A stretch of DNA of 42,565 bases from Polyangiales bacterium (GTDB taxonomy: Bacteria > Myxococcota_A > Polyangia > Polyangiales > Houyiibacteriaceae), in NCBI GenBank assembly GCA_045106895.1, contig JBGCFM010000073.1, forward strand, positions 1-42,565, given 5' to 3'. The first letter of the stretch is position 1. The number at the start of each line of letters is the position of its first letter. Below, piece after piece: positions 18,062-27,958 of the stretch. Below the pieces are notes generated by a model, which was not told where the DNA came from, did no database searches, and worked only from the letters and a program-made list of their open reading frames with translations. The position numbers and the translations under genes were made by a program.

Positions 18062-19306
18062 CTACTTGCGGGCGCGGCGCTTGGCCTTGGTCGCGGGCTT
18101 CTTCTTCGTTGCTTTCTTCTTCGACGCAGCGGCGATCTTCTTGGGGTGAAGTGCCTCGGCCAGCTCCGCCGCACGGTCCGTGCGCTCCCAGGTGAAGGAA
18201 CGCTCGCTACGGCCAAAGTGTCCGTACGCGGCCGTTGGTCGGTAAATGGGTCGAAGGAGATTGAGCTCCTGGATGAGCGCGGCAGGTCGGAAGTCGAAGA
18301 GCTCGCTGACCACCTGGGCAATCTTCTCGTCGGGCACGACGCCGGTTCCGAAAGTCGTCACGTAGACGCCCATAGGTTTCGCCACGCCGATGGCGTACGC
18401 GACCTGGACCTCGCAGCGATGCGCGAGCTTCGCCTTGACGATGTTCTTGGCGACGTAGCGCGTGAAGTAAGCTGCGCTTCGGTCGACCTTGGACGGGTCT
18501 TTGCCGCTGAACGCGCCGCCGCCGTGACGACCCATCCCGCCGTAGGTGTCGACGATGATCTTGCGTCCCGTGAGGCCCGCGTCGCCGCAGGGGCCGCCGA
18601 TGACGAAACGACCCGTGGGGTTCACGTGGTACTTCGTGCTGCGCTTGAGCATGTCCGCGGGAAGCGTGGGCCGGATGACCTCTTCCATGATCGCAGCCTT
18701 GAGCTTGCGATGGGAGATCTCCTCGGCGTGCTGCGTGGAGACGACAACGTCGCTGATGTGGGAAGGCTTGCCCTCGCCATCGTACTGGATGGTGACCTGG
18801 GTCTTTCCGTCGGGGCGCAACCAAGGAAGCGTTGCGTCTTTGCGAACGGCGGCCAGACGACGGGCGAGCTTGTGGCTCAGGTCGATGGGAAGAGGCATGA
18901 GGGACTTGGTTTCATTGACGGCGTAGCCGAACATGAGTCCCTGGTCGCCAGCACCCTGGTCTTTGTCGATGCCCTGACCCTTGTTGACGCCTTGGGCGAT
19001 GTCGGGGCTCTGCTGTTCAACGGCGGAGAGGACTGCGCAGGTGTCTGCGTCGAAGCCCATCTCGCTGGAGGTGTAGCCGATCTCGCGGATCGTCTTGCGG
19101 ACGATGGTGGGGATGTCGAGGACGGCCTTGGTCGTAATCTCACCGGCGACGATGGCGTAGCCTGTCTTCACCATGGTCTCGCACGCCACGCGGGACTTTG
19201 GGTCGGCCTTCAGGCATGCGTCGAGGACAGCGTCGCTGACGTTGTCGCAGATTTTGTCGGGATGTCCCTCGGTGACGGATTCGGAGGTAAAAAGATGTCC
19301 GGCCAT
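18062..19306 (-). CDS. metK: S-adenosylmethionine synthetase
   Basis: '[16 protein letters not shown]', 'GAGDQG', '[16 protein letters not shown]', 'YGHFGR'. Has an extra Lys/Ala-rich tail. Confidence 0.98.
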   Translation of the reverse strand: MAGHLFTSESVTEGHPDKICDNVSDAVLDACLKADPKSRVACETMVKTGYAIVAGEITTKAVLDIPTIVRKTIREIGYTSSEMGFDADTCAVLSAVEQQSPDIAQGVNKGQGIDKDQGAGDQGLMFGYAVNETKSLMPLPIDLSHKLARRLAAVRKDATLPWLRPDGKTQVTIQYDGEGKPSHISDVVVSTQHAEEISHRKLKAAIMEEVIRPTLPADMLKRSTKYHVNPTGRFVIGGPCGDAGLTGRKIIVDTYGGMGRHGGGAFSGKDPSKVDRSAAYFTRYVAKNIVKAKLAHRCEVQVAYAIGVAKPMGVYVTTFGTGVVPDEKIAQVVSELFDFRPAALIQELNLLRPIYRPTAAYGHFGRSERSFTWERTDRAAELAEALHPKKIAAASKKKATKKKPATKAKRRARK

Positions 19307-19389
19307 GTTGTGCTTTCGGTAAGTCGCGCCGCTCCCGCGGAACGCGATGCTAGGCGGAGACTGGTGTCGCCGCCGAAGTCTGAGAAGCC

Positions 19390-19418
19390 CGTTTAGTGGG
19401 CACCGGAGGTGGTGTCAA
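19390..19418 (-). promoter_or_regulatory. Putative sigma70-type promoter of metK
   Basis: On the minus strand, TTGACA (19418-19413), 17-nt spacer, TAAACG (19395-19390). Confidence 0.6.
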
Positions 19419-19465
19419 TCCCGCTAGGCGTGGCTACGTAAGGCACAAAGCGCTTCCTATGAAGG

Positions 19466-21205
19466 CTATTCGCTCGATTGCTCCTCCTGGAGCACCTCGA
19501 GCCAGCGTACCCAGGAGCTGCCGGCGTGCTGGACGAAGTCGTTGCGCGCGGTGAGATCGATGGGGCTCCCAGGAACGCCGCCCTGCGCGGCGTCGGGATC
19601 GGCGAAGAGATGGGTGGGGCCCGGCGCCCATCGATAACGAAGGAGCTGGCCCAGGCCGCGCTCCACAAGCGCGCGCACGCCCTCGGTCTCCATGCCAGCG
19701 TCGCGCAGCATCAAGTACGTGCCGATGAAGGCCTCGGTGCGTGAGCCGACGGGCGTTAGCCTCGGCATGACGACGGGGCCAACGCCGTAGGCGCCGCCGA
19801 CGGGCCACGGCGTATCTCCGTCGCGAAACTGCAGGACGTCGTTCCACTCCCACCAGCGTCGGCAAAAGTCGATGGCTTCGTCGCTCGGCGCGCTCTCACG
19901 CCCTTCGCCGGCGGCGATGCACGTCCAGTGCTCCTCGCCGTAGTAATAACGGCTCCCGAGGAAGTCCCAGCTCGCGCCGGTGAGGTGCATCATCAGACGC
20001 CTGGCGGCTTCTGCGTTTCTTTCGTCGCCGGTGGCGCGGTAAGCGCGGAGCAAGGCAAACGCCGCTTCGCCGCTGTAGTACAGATACTGCACGTCGATGG
20101 GCTCGCCGGTCTCGATGTTGAACTCGTGCATGAGTTCGCCGTCTTCACGCTGCTGCGCGCGCAAGAACGCCGAGAGGCCTTCGACGAGGCGCCGCGCCAA
20201 GGGGTCTTCACCTTGCAGCAGAACTTCCGAAGCGGCGACGATGGTCAGGGCCGCGGAGCCCACGTCGGCGCGCCCAAAGTCCACGATGCAGAGGTTCTCG
20301 TCGCACTCTTCAAGGCGCGTTCGCTCCAGGAAACGCAGCGCGCGCATCGCCCCGGCGCGTGCTTCGGGGTGGCCTGTGACGCGGTCGACCTGCGCGAGAA
20401 AATACGTCGCGCCGGAGTGCCGCGGGATGTTGTAGCCATCCATCATCGGGCGTCCGCTGCGCCCGTCGTAGATGTACGCGTACATGCCTTCGCTGTTCTG
20501 ATGGCGGAGCAAGAACTCGGCGCCTTCGATGGCGGCGCTGCGAAGTGTCTCCGCGTTGACCTCGACGCTGCGGGGGTATTCGTCCTCGGCGATGGTCAGA
20601 GAACGAAAGCGACGCACTTCGCCGCGCTCGAGGAGCTCTTCTTGTTCGTGACCCATGTCGCGTGCGAGGCGCCCGACGAGTCCGAGGACATCGGAGCCTA
20701 CGGTGAGGTCGGGGATAGGTGTGACGATTCCGCGGTCGTAGGCGCCGGAGGCACGAAGCTCTTCGGGACTGATGACGCGCTGTTCGCCCTCGAGGGTCGC
20801 GACGAGTCCTTCGTTGAGCGGGACGAGGCTGAGGGCTCGAAGATAAGGGATACCCAACACCACCGGGGCGTCACCCACGCTGACCTCGATGGTGAAACGC
20901 TGGCCGGGGCGTCGCTCGAACTCCCCGAGGGCCGCTCGAACGTCGGCCACAAAGTCACCCTCGCCGATGAAGCGCTGAAGAGGGACTCCGTCTTCCCACG
21001 CCGTAATGACGTTGGGACCAGGTCCATTCCACGCGCCAGGAGCTTCATCTGCCCCGCCTTGGAGCGCGCTCAGACCCCAGGCCGAGAGCTCCTCACCTGG
21101 GCCGTCGATGCCATTGATGCGCATTCGCGCACAGCTCGCGAATCCGGCGAGGAGCGAGAGCGCGAGCCAGGCGACGACGCCTTGAACTAGGTGCCGGCGA
21201 TTCAC
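19466..21205 (-). CDS. Exported hypothetical protein with C-terminal (alpha/alpha)-toroid-like domain
   Basis: N-terminal signal/TM. Repeated helical motifs 'FLLRHQNSEGMYAY', 'FLRAQQREDGE', 'YYSGEAAFALL', 'YNIPRHSG', 'RNDFVQHA'. Confidence 0.6.
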   Translation of the reverse strand: MNRRHLVQGVVAWLALSLLAGFASCARMRINGIDGPGEELSAWGLSALQGGADEAPGAWNGPGPNVITAWEDGVPLQRFIGEGDFVADVRAALGEFERRPGQRFTIEVSVGDAPVVLGIPYLRALSLVPLNEGLVATLEGEQRVISPEELRASGAYDRGIVTPIPDLTVGSDVLGLVGRLARDMGHEQEELLERGEVRRFRSLTIAEDEYPRSVEVNAETLRSAAIEGAEFLLRHQNSEGMYAYIYDGRSGRPMMDGYNIPRHSGATYFLAQVDRVTGHPEARAGAMRALRFLERTRLEECDENLCIVDFGRADVGSAALTIVAASEVLLQGEDPLARRLVEGLSAFLRAQQREDGELMHEFNIETGEPIDVQYLYYSGEAAFALLRAYRATGDERNAEAARRLMMHLTGASWDFLGSRYYYGEEHWTCIAAGEGRESAPSDEAIDFCRRWWEWNDVLQFRDGDTPWPVGGAYGVGPVVMPRLTPVGSRTEAFIGTYLMLRDAGMETEGVRALVERGLGQLLRYRWAPGPTHLFADPDAAQGGVPGSPIDLTARNDFVQHAGSSWVRWLEVLQEEQSSE

Positions 21206-21654
21206 TCCTCGGACTCACTCGCGGCGGACGCAGAGGACGATGCCGACGAAGCCGACCCCAGGCGTTCTGGGCCGTCGAGCAAGAAGTAGAGCTGGGAAGC
21301 AGGGAAGACAACGAAGTAGGGCACCATCATGAAGAGCGCGGCGCCGAGGATGAGAGCGCCGCCGCCGCCGACGGGGCCGTAGAGGCCAGCCAGTGTGCCC
21401 GCCGTGACCATCAACGCCGTCCCGAGAACAGCGCCGCTGAGGAGGATGATTCCAGCGCTCCACAGGCCGACTTTGCGGCTGCCTTTTTGACCGCGCCAGA
21501 GCATGACGCCGCTCGCGAGGAAGAGCACGGCGAGGAGCGTGCCCAGGATGTCGACGGGAGCCCAGCGGACGGGGAGGGCCTTCCAAATGCATCCCAGGAG
21601 GAGGAGCGCAGTGCCCACGTTGAGGGCGCCCATGACGCGTCGAGGTCGGTCCAT
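21202..21654 (-). CDS. Hypothetical four-TM membrane protein
   Basis: Hydrophobic helices; GTGA overlap with the start of the downstream gene suggests translational coupling. Confidence 0.65.
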   Translation of the reverse strand: MDRPRRVMGALNVGTALLLLGCIWKALPVRWAPVDILGTLLAVLFLASGVMLWRGQKGSRKVGLWSAGIILLSGAVLGTALMVTAGTLAGLYGPVGGGGALILGAALFMMVPYFVVFPASQLYFLLDGPERLGSASSASSSASAASESEE

Positions 21655-21716
21655 CGCGGCGAGCCTAGTGCGACGCTTTCCCCTGCGCCAGCTGTCGAAG
21701 CTCTCCGCCGATTCCC

Positions 21717-22142
21717 TTAGAGGTAGAAGTTTCTCAACATACCGATGCTGGGCGCGTTCGTGACGTACGCGTCTGTCACTTCGAACTTCCGAGGAAAGAA
21801 CCCCGGCGGAAGCTGCGTCCACCCGCGCGTCGCTTTCGCCCGGGCTTTGAGCCCAAGGAAGCTACTTGTGCAGAAGACCCTAAGCTCAAAGTCGCCCTGC
21901 TGAGTCTCCGACACAAGGTCCTCGAGGAACTCGATGCGCGCTTGGGTTTCGCTCTCTTCGTGGCGGAAGGGGTCAGGCTCGTCTTCGCCGATGAGCGAAG
22001 CGAGCACCTTCGCGCCTGCGGGTGCTAGGTCTTGCGAAGCTTGGCCCAGAGAGAAACGCAGGTCAGCGAGCTCGTACTTGATAAGTGTGCGTTCGACATT
22101 CTCGATGGAGGTCGCGAGCTGCGCGTCCTTTCGTCCCCTCAT
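21717..22142 (-). CDS. Hypothetical protein
   Basis: Fills the gap between co-oriented genes; no recognisable motif; start uncertain. Confidence 0.35.
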   Translation of the reverse strand: MRGRKDAQLATSIENVERTLIKYELADLRFSLGQASQDLAPAGAKVLASLIGEDEPDPFRHEESETQARIEFLEDLVSETQQGDFELRVFCTSSFLGLKARAKATRGWTQLPPGFFPRKFEVTDAYVTNAPSIGMLRNFYL

Positions 22143-22290
22143 CAAGTGCCCTGCGGCTCTCGGGAAATCTACGAGGCGCTCCACGACGAAGCTCTGCCCA
22201 AGGAGCGTCGCCGCGGGCTGAAAAACCAGCGTGCGGAGCAGGCGGCGACAGAGCCGAATCTCCTGTTCACTGAGGCGAAACACAGCGTGC

Positions 22291-23913
22291 TCAGGAGCGT
22301 CGTCCGCCGCCGCGAATCCTCGGCGGCACGCCGCGCTCAATGACGGTGTCGTCCGCGAATTCGTCGCTCACCTCTGGATGGTCGATGGTGAAGTGTAGCC
22401 CGCGACTTTCGTGACGCGACATGGCGCAGTGCACGATGAGCTCGGCGACGTCGGCGATGTTTCGAAGCTCCAGCATGTCCCGGCTCAGGCGGTACTTCCA
22501 ATAGTACTCAGCGATCTCTTCTTTCAGGAGCGCGATGCGACGTGCGGCACGGCGCAGGCGTTTGTCGCTTCGGACGATGCCGACGTAGTTCCACATGAAG
22601 CGGCGGATCTCTTCCCAGTTCTGCGAGACGACAACGGCTTCGTCTTCGGGGACGGAGTCGCCAACGTTCCAGTCGGGGATCTCGCTTGCGGTGACTCCTT
22701 CGCTTCGCTCACCAAGCGCGTTGGCGACGCGGTTTCCGTAAACGAGTCCTTCGAGGAGCGAGTTGGAGGCGAGTCGGTTGGCGCCGTGAAGCCCCGAGCA
22801 GGTGACCTCGCCGATGGCCCACAATCCGGGCAGGCTGGTGCGCCCATCTTCGTCGACGATGACTCCGCCGCACATATAGTGGGCTGCGGGGACGACGGGG
22901 ATCGGCTCCTTCGTCATGTCGAAGCCAAAGTGCATGCAGCGCGCGTGAATGTTCGGGAAGCGCTCGCGAAGGAAGTCGCCGTCTTCATGGGTCATGTCGA
23001 GAAACACCGAGTCGGCGCCGCTGCGTTTCATCTCGTAGTCGATGGCGCGAGCGACGACATCGCGCGGCGCCAGGTCTTTCATGGGGTGGTGCTCTTCCAT
23101 GAACGCGCTTCCGTCGCCACGCCGCAGGATTCCTCCTTCACCGCGAAGCGCTTCGCTGATGAGGAAGCTCTTCGCCTCGGGGTGAAAGAGGCTCGTGGGA
23201 TGGAACTGGAAGAACTCCATGTTCGCGACCTGTGCGCCCGCGCGATACGCCATCGCAACGCCGTCGCCCGTCGCGACATCCGGGTTCGATGTGTAGACGT
23301 AGACTTTGCCTGCGCCGCCGGCGGCGAGGATCGTGGCCCGTGCCAAGAACGTGTGAACGTCGCCGGTCTTCTCGTGAAGAACGTACGCGCCCACCACCTG
23401 ACGCCGCGGCGCGCCGAAGCGCGATTGCTCGATGAGGTCCACCGCCATGTGGTCCTCGAGGATCGTAATCCGTTCGTTTTCAGCCACGGCGGCGACGAGA
23501 GCGCGCTGCACTTCGCGACCGGTGATGTCTCCTGCGTGGACGACGCGACGAGCGCTGTGGCCGCCTTCACGCGTCAGATCGAGTTCTTCGCCGTCGCCGC
23601 CCTCCTTCGCACTGAACTTCGCGCCGATCTCCATCAGCTCGCGGATACGCTCGGGGCCGTCTCGGACCACCATCTCGACGACGTCTTTGTGGGAGAGGCC
23701 GCCGCCGGTGCCGAGCGTGTCCTCGATGTGCGCTTCGAAGGTGTCTTCGGGGTCGAGCACCGCCGCGATACCGCCCTGCGCCCAGTTCGTTGCGGAGTCC
23801 GTGCGAGAGCGCTTGGTCACAATCGTGACTTCGCCGTGCTCGCTCGCTTGAAGCGCAAAAGTAAGGCCGGCTACGCCGCTCCCGATAACTAGAAAATCAC
23901 ACTCGACTCGCAT
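22291..23913 (-). CDS. nadB: L-aspartate oxidase
   Basis: 'IGSGVAGL', 'WAQGGIAAV', 'TREGGHSARRVVHA', 'QFHPT', 'PAAHYMCGG', 'LHGANRLASNSLLE', 'ESRGLHF'. Confidence 0.96.
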   Translation of the reverse strand: MRVECDFLVIGSGVAGLTFALQASEHGEVTIVTKRSRTDSATNWAQGGIAAVLDPEDTFEAHIEDTLGTGGGLSHKDVVEMVVRDGPERIRELMEIGAKFSAKEGGDGEELDLTREGGHSARRVVHAGDITGREVQRALVAAVAENERITILEDHMAVDLIEQSRFGAPRRQVVGAYVLHEKTGDVHTFLARATILAAGGAGKVYVYTSNPDVATGDGVAMAYRAGAQVANMEFFQFHPTSLFHPEAKSFLISEALRGEGGILRRGDGSAFMEEHHPMKDLAPRDVVARAIDYEMKRSGADSVFLDMTHEDGDFLRERFPNIHARCMHFGFDMTKEPIPVVPAAHYMCGGVIVDEDGRTSLPGLWAIGEVTCSGLHGANRLASNSLLEGLVYGNRVANALGERSEGVTASEIPDWNVGDSVPEDEAVVVSQNWEEIRRFMWNYVGIVRSDKRLRRAARRIALLKEEIAEYYWKYRLSRDMLELRNIADVAELIVHCAMSRHESRGLHFTIDHPEVSDEFADDTVIERGVPPRIRGGGRRS

Positions 23914-24020
23914 CGGCGGATCTTAGGGCCTGATTCCTCAAAACGGAAGGGACCATGAGGGCGCATCGAAGTCGATCTTGGCTGGCGTTTGTATGTTCAC
24001 CGCGCCATCTTTGGGGTCCC

Positions 24021-24980
24021 ATGTCGGCCCCGAGCTTCTTCGAAGGACCTGAGAAAAAGGTCGAACTAGCCCTTCGCGATTCCAGCGACTCCCTGCGCTC
24101 GCTGGGCGACGGGTTTTGGCATGAAGTCGTCCAAGCGGCGGACGCGCAGGTGCTCTCCACGTTGCGGAGCGAGAGCTGCGATGCGTACCTTCTGAGCGAG
24201 TCGTCGCTCTTCGTGCATGACGGATTCCTGACGATGATCACCTGTGGTCGTACGCGTCTCGTTCGAGCCGTGGAGCGCATCGTCGCCCGCGTCGGCGCGG
24301 CGAACGTCGCGCTCTTGACCTACGAGCGAAAGAACGAGCACTTCCCGGACCGGCAGCACTCCACGTTCTACGACGATGCTCGCGCACTGAACGCGATCAT
24401 TCCGGGTCGCGCGATTCGATTCGGCGACGAGCACGATCATCACGTGCACCTCTTTCATTCCGCTGCGGAATATGTGGTGCACGATAAAGACACGACGCTG
24501 GAGATCCTCATGCACGGTCTCCCGGCGGAGGTGGCTCAGCGCTTCGTGGGGATGATGCCGCCAAAAGAAGGCACCCTCATCGAGGAGCACGGGTTCGCTT
24601 CGCTCTTGCCGGGCTTCGCCATCGACGAACACGCGTTCACGCCAGCGGGTTACTCGATGAACGCGCTCCGCGGCGATGACTACTACACGATTCACGTCAC
24701 GCCGGAGGAGCTTGGCTCCTACGTGAGCTTTGAGACCAACCTGGATTTCCGGCCGCGTTTCAACGAGATCGTCGCCGGCGTCGTGGAGGTGTTTCGGCCT
24801 CGCTCTTTCGACGTTATGACCTTCTGCCCCCATGGCTCGGAATCGATGCGCCTCGAGCTGCGTTCACACCAAGTGAAAGACCACGTTCAAGACCAAGTTC
24901 ACGGATATGGCATCGACTTCTGGCACTGTTTTGAGCAACAAGGCGTGGGGCGGGGCACCGTAGAAGTCTCGCTTCGCTAG
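24021..24980 (+). CDS. speD: S-adenosylmethionine decarboxylase proenzyme, eukaryotic-type (long) form
   Basis: 'FFEGPEKKVEL', autocleavage site 'YLLSE|SSLFV', 'TCGRT', 'GYSMNA', 'TIHVTPE', 'SYVSFETN'; about 320 aa. Confidence 0.88.
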   Translation: MSAPSFFEGPEKKVELALRDSSDSLRSLGDGFWHEVVQAADAQVLSTLRSESCDAYLLSESSLFVHDGFLTMITCGRTRLVRAVERIVARVGAANVALLTYERKNEHFPDRQHSTFYDDARALNAIIPGRAIRFGDEHDHHVHLFHSAAEYVVHDKDTTLEILMHGLPAEVAQRFVGMMPPKEGTLIEEHGFASLLPGFAIDEHAFTPAGYSMNALRGDDYYTIHVTPEELGSYVSFETNLDFRPRFNEIVAGVVEVFRPRSFDVMTFCPHGSESMRLELRSHQVKDHVQDQVHGYGIDFWHCFEQQGVGRGTVEVSLR

Positions 24981-25051
24981 TGGAACGCCCCCGTTTTCAG
25001 GGAAAGAACGCTTTTTTTGCCTCATGTAGGGGCTGCACTTACATTCGTTCC

Positions 25052-25744
25052 ATGTTCATGCGCCTCTTTCCTCTCATCGCGCTTCTCATCGGGCTCGAGG
25101 CGAGCTCTGCGCGCGCGGATATTTACGCGTGCCAGAACCCCGACGGAACCACGGACTATACGAACGTATCGCGGCCCGGTCGTCGTTGCCGCCGAATCGT
25201 GGATGGCGCGTCTTCTTCCTCCTCGCGAGCTCGGACCAACACGGGGTCGCGCGCTCGGCCACGAAGTGTCGCGGCTGCACGCGCTGCTCGCGCACGCTCC
25301 ACAGCGCCCCATGCTCCGAACGACGCGACACGATTTCGCCGCTACGACGGTTACATCGCCGAGGCTGCTGCCCTCTATCAACTGCCGCTTCATTTCTTGC
25401 GTGCGGTGGTCAAGACCGAGTCCAACTTCAATCACCGCGTCGTCAGCGGCGCCGGCGCCATGGGTCTGATGCAGCTCATGCCTCGAACGGCGGCGTCCAT
25501 GGGCGTCCGCGACCCCTTCGACCCCCGTCAGAACATCTTTGGTGGTGCGCGTTTTCTTCGGCTCCTCGCGAACCGTTTTGGCGGTGACTTGGTTCTTACC
25601 GTCGCTGCGTACAACGCCGGACCTGGGGCCGTTGAGCGACACCGCGGCGTACCGCCTTACGCGGAGACGCAGCGCTACGTCCGGCGCGTCTTGGGTCACT
25701 ACTACCGCCTTCGTTCCGGCGGAGCGATCACCGGGCCGCGCTAA
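25052..25744 (+). CDS. Lytic transglycosylase (SLT domain) with N-terminal DUF4124-like domain
   Basis: Signal peptide, 'ADIYACQNPDGTTDYTN', 'VVKTESNF', 'GAMGLMQLMP', 'AAYNAGPG', 'PPYAETQRYV'. Confidence 0.92.
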   Translation: MFMRLFPLIALLIGLEASSARADIYACQNPDGTTDYTNVSRPGRRCRRIVDGASSSSSRARTNTGSRARPRSVAAARAARARSTAPHAPNDATRFRRYDGYIAEAAALYQLPLHFLRAVVKTESNFNHRVVSGAGAMGLMQLMPRTAASMGVRDPFDPRQNIFGGARFLRLLANRFGGDLVLTVAAYNAGPGAVERHRGVPPYAETQRYVRRVLGHYYRLRSGGAITGPR

Positions 25745-25774
25745 AGAGCACCCACGAACCCAGTGTTCGATGGG

Positions 25775-26275
25775 TTAGCGGAGTCGCGGCTCATCCACCA
25801 TCGAGCGAAGGTAGTTCATCGAGATGCGCGCGACGTCGGAGTCCGGCGCGTCGACGTCGAGCCACTCCTTGTGCCACTCAAGGGCCTCGGAGACGTCTTT
25901 GAAGACCTGGGTCTTGGCTTTGCTCTGGCCTCGCTGGGCGAAGAGCACGGCGGTGAGGAACCCCCGCGCGGCGCTCAACCAGAAGCCATCCCCATGAAGC
26001 ACAACCGCGATGGACGTCATTTGGGACTGACGGTTATACGTAGAAGCCACTTCTCGAGCTTCCGCCGTGGGCATCTTCGGCGTGTCGTTGATCACGGCGA
26101 GGTGACCCACGCGGGGGTAGAGGCGCAGCAGCTCAAGGTGCGATTGATGAATGGCGCGCATGGGCCGAGCCGTCGATGCTTCTCCCCAAACAGCCAGGAC
26201 CAAGTTCTGGCACGTCGCCACGATGTTGTTCCCTTGGCGGAGAACGATGTTCAGTTCGGAGGGCGGCCCGTGCAC
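25775..26275 (-). CDS. Hypothetical protein (STAS/SEC14-like)
   Basis: 166 aa; 'IAVVLHGDGFWLSAARG...VFKDVSEALEW' pattern common in myxobacterial small proteins. Confidence 0.55.
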   Translation of the reverse strand: MHGPPSELNIVLRQGNNIVATCQNLVLAVWGEASTARPMRAIHQSHLELLRLYPRVGHLAVINDTPKMPTAEAREVASTYNRQSQMTSIAVVLHGDGFWLSAARGFLTAVLFAQRGQSKAKTQVFKDVSEALEWHKEWLDVDAPDSDVARISMNYLRSMVDEPRLR

Positions 26276-26367
26276 CCGCCGACGTTAGCGACTCCGGCGA
26301 GGCATTGTCCACACTCCGCGCACGCTTTCCCCTTCAATATTTTCGGATGGCGCACTAAGTTCGTTCC

Positions 26368-26919
26368 ATGAGCCGGATGAGTCTTTGTTGTGCCCTCGCA
26401 CTTACGTTCGTTCTACCGGCGGCGGCCATGGCGGATCCACCCGATGCCACGCGTGCCACCTATCTTCGTGAGGTTCACCAGGCGAACGAGCGACTCGCCG
26501 CAGGCCAGACGACGGGGGCAGAGACCATTCTAAGTAGCGCGCTCACGCGCCTGCCCGATGCGCCGGAAGCTCATTGCACGCGTGGGTCGCTTCAGATGCT
26601 CCAAGGGCACGCCGATCAAGCGCTCGAGACCTTCGGGACCTGTCAGCGTTTGGCCCAGCAGGCGTCCACGCCATTCTTCGTGGCCCGTGCTCTTCAAGGA
26701 AAGATCATGGCGCTCCTCGCGCTCCCCGATCGCATCGACGAAGCGCGGGCCGTCGCCATTGAGTTGCTCGCCTTCGCGCAAGGAAACACGTCGGTGATCG
26801 CGCCCGTCTTGCCACGCTCTCGTGTCCAGGCCATCGACCTCATCGTCGAGCGGGACGCCGCCGCCGCGGAAGTTCGCCTTCGGCGGGAAGCCCGGGCACG
26901 CGAGAACGCCGCCGAATAA
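26368..26919 (+). CDS. Exported TPR-containing protein
   Basis: Signal peptide ('...LPAAAMA'); TPR-like 'PDAPEAHCTRGSLQMLQGHADQALETF'. Confidence 0.65.
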   Translation: MSRMSLCCALALTFVLPAAAMADPPDATRATYLREVHQANERLAAGQTTGAETILSSALTRLPDAPEAHCTRGSLQMLQGHADQALETFGTCQRLAQQASTPFFVARALQGKIMALLALPDRIDEARAVAIELLAFAQGNTSVIAPVLPRSRVQAIDLIVERDAAAAEVRLRREARARENAAE

Positions 26920-26937
26920 ACACCGCCGAATAGCCCC

Positions 26938-27840
26938 GTGCAACTGACTCCATTCATCAGCGCCGCCATCGTCGGTGCTTTCGCTCCCTTCGTTCGTGCT
27001 CTTGTCTGGCGGGTGCCTTTTACGCATCTCTCGTGGGGGATGGCGCTCCGTGTCACCGTCGGCGCAGGTCTCGTGACGCTCTTGGCGGGGCTGATTTCCC
27101 TCATCGCCTTCGAGCCACAGGTGGCGTCTGCGATCGGACTCGGAGTAGGTGCGGTGTTGACCTTGCTCTCCGCGCGCCGCCTGCGCCACACCCGCGGAAC
27201 GGCGCTCTTGGCCTACCGTCTCACGCAAGAGCCAACCCGCGAAGAAGCGCGGAAGGTGCTGCGGACACGTTTCGAGCGCTACGCGCGCGGCAGCTTGAGT
27301 GCGACGGAACATGCGCGGCTCGCTCCGGTGGCCGTTTTGCCTTTGAGTGGCCTCGGAAGCTGGGATGACGCCCTCGCGATTCTTCGAGGCGTCGACCGGA
27401 GTCAGCTGGGGAACCTCGATGCGGCGCGCCACGGCCAAGCGCTCGCGACGTGCTTGATGGAGCAGGGTCACCTGGAAGAGGCCGCGGAGGTCATCGAAGA
27501 GCTTGAGCGTCCCGCCGCGAGTGAGATCGAGCGCTGGCTCGTGGCTCTCGAGGCGTTGCTCGCTGCGGTTCAGGGTGGCTCGGAAAGGGCGCTCTCGTTG
27601 GCGCGCGAGCACGACGACGGTGAGGGCGCCCTCGGCGCGAGCTACGCCATCGTCCGCGCTCACGCTCACGCGTGCGACGGGAACGAGCGCGCTTGCCAAC
27701 ATGAACTGGACAAGGTCCTCGACCTCGCCGGGCCCGACGCTCTCATCCGTGCCGTTCGCCCGCTGGGACCCGCGAGTGACGCGGCGCGCGCCATGATGGT
27801 GGAGCGTGGCCTCGCGGTGCGTGTGGACGCCGCCAACTAG
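26938..27840 (+). CDS. Membrane protein with C-terminal TPR-like helices
   Basis: Three N-terminal TM helices then helical repeats; 18 bp after the previous gene. Confidence 0.6.
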   Translation: MQLTPFISAAIVGAFAPFVRALVWRVPFTHLSWGMALRVTVGAGLVTLLAGLISLIAFEPQVASAIGLGVGAVLTLLSARRLRHTRGTALLAYRLTQEPTREEARKVLRTRFERYARGSLSATEHARLAPVAVLPLSGLGSWDDALAILRGVDRSQLGNLDAARHGQALATCLMEQGHLEEAAEVIEELERPAASEIERWLVALEALLAAVQGGSERALSLAREHDDGEGALGASYAIVRAHAHACDGNERACQHELDKVLDLAGPDALIRAVRPLGPASDAARAMMVERGLAVRVDAAN

Positions 27841-27958
27841 CGTCGTCGCACCGCCCCTCACAACAGAACCTCATCAAAACTCGTGACAGTGCGTTCAGTC
27901 ACAGCGTACTATTATGCTGATGGGGAACTGTGGTGAGTTCCCTCACCTTGGAGGTACG

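Noticed and set aside
19307..19465. Known SAM/SAH riboswitch upstream of metK
   Set aside because: No recognisable SAM-I, SAM-II, SAH or SAM-SAH consensus. Kept only as an unclassified structured-leader candidate.
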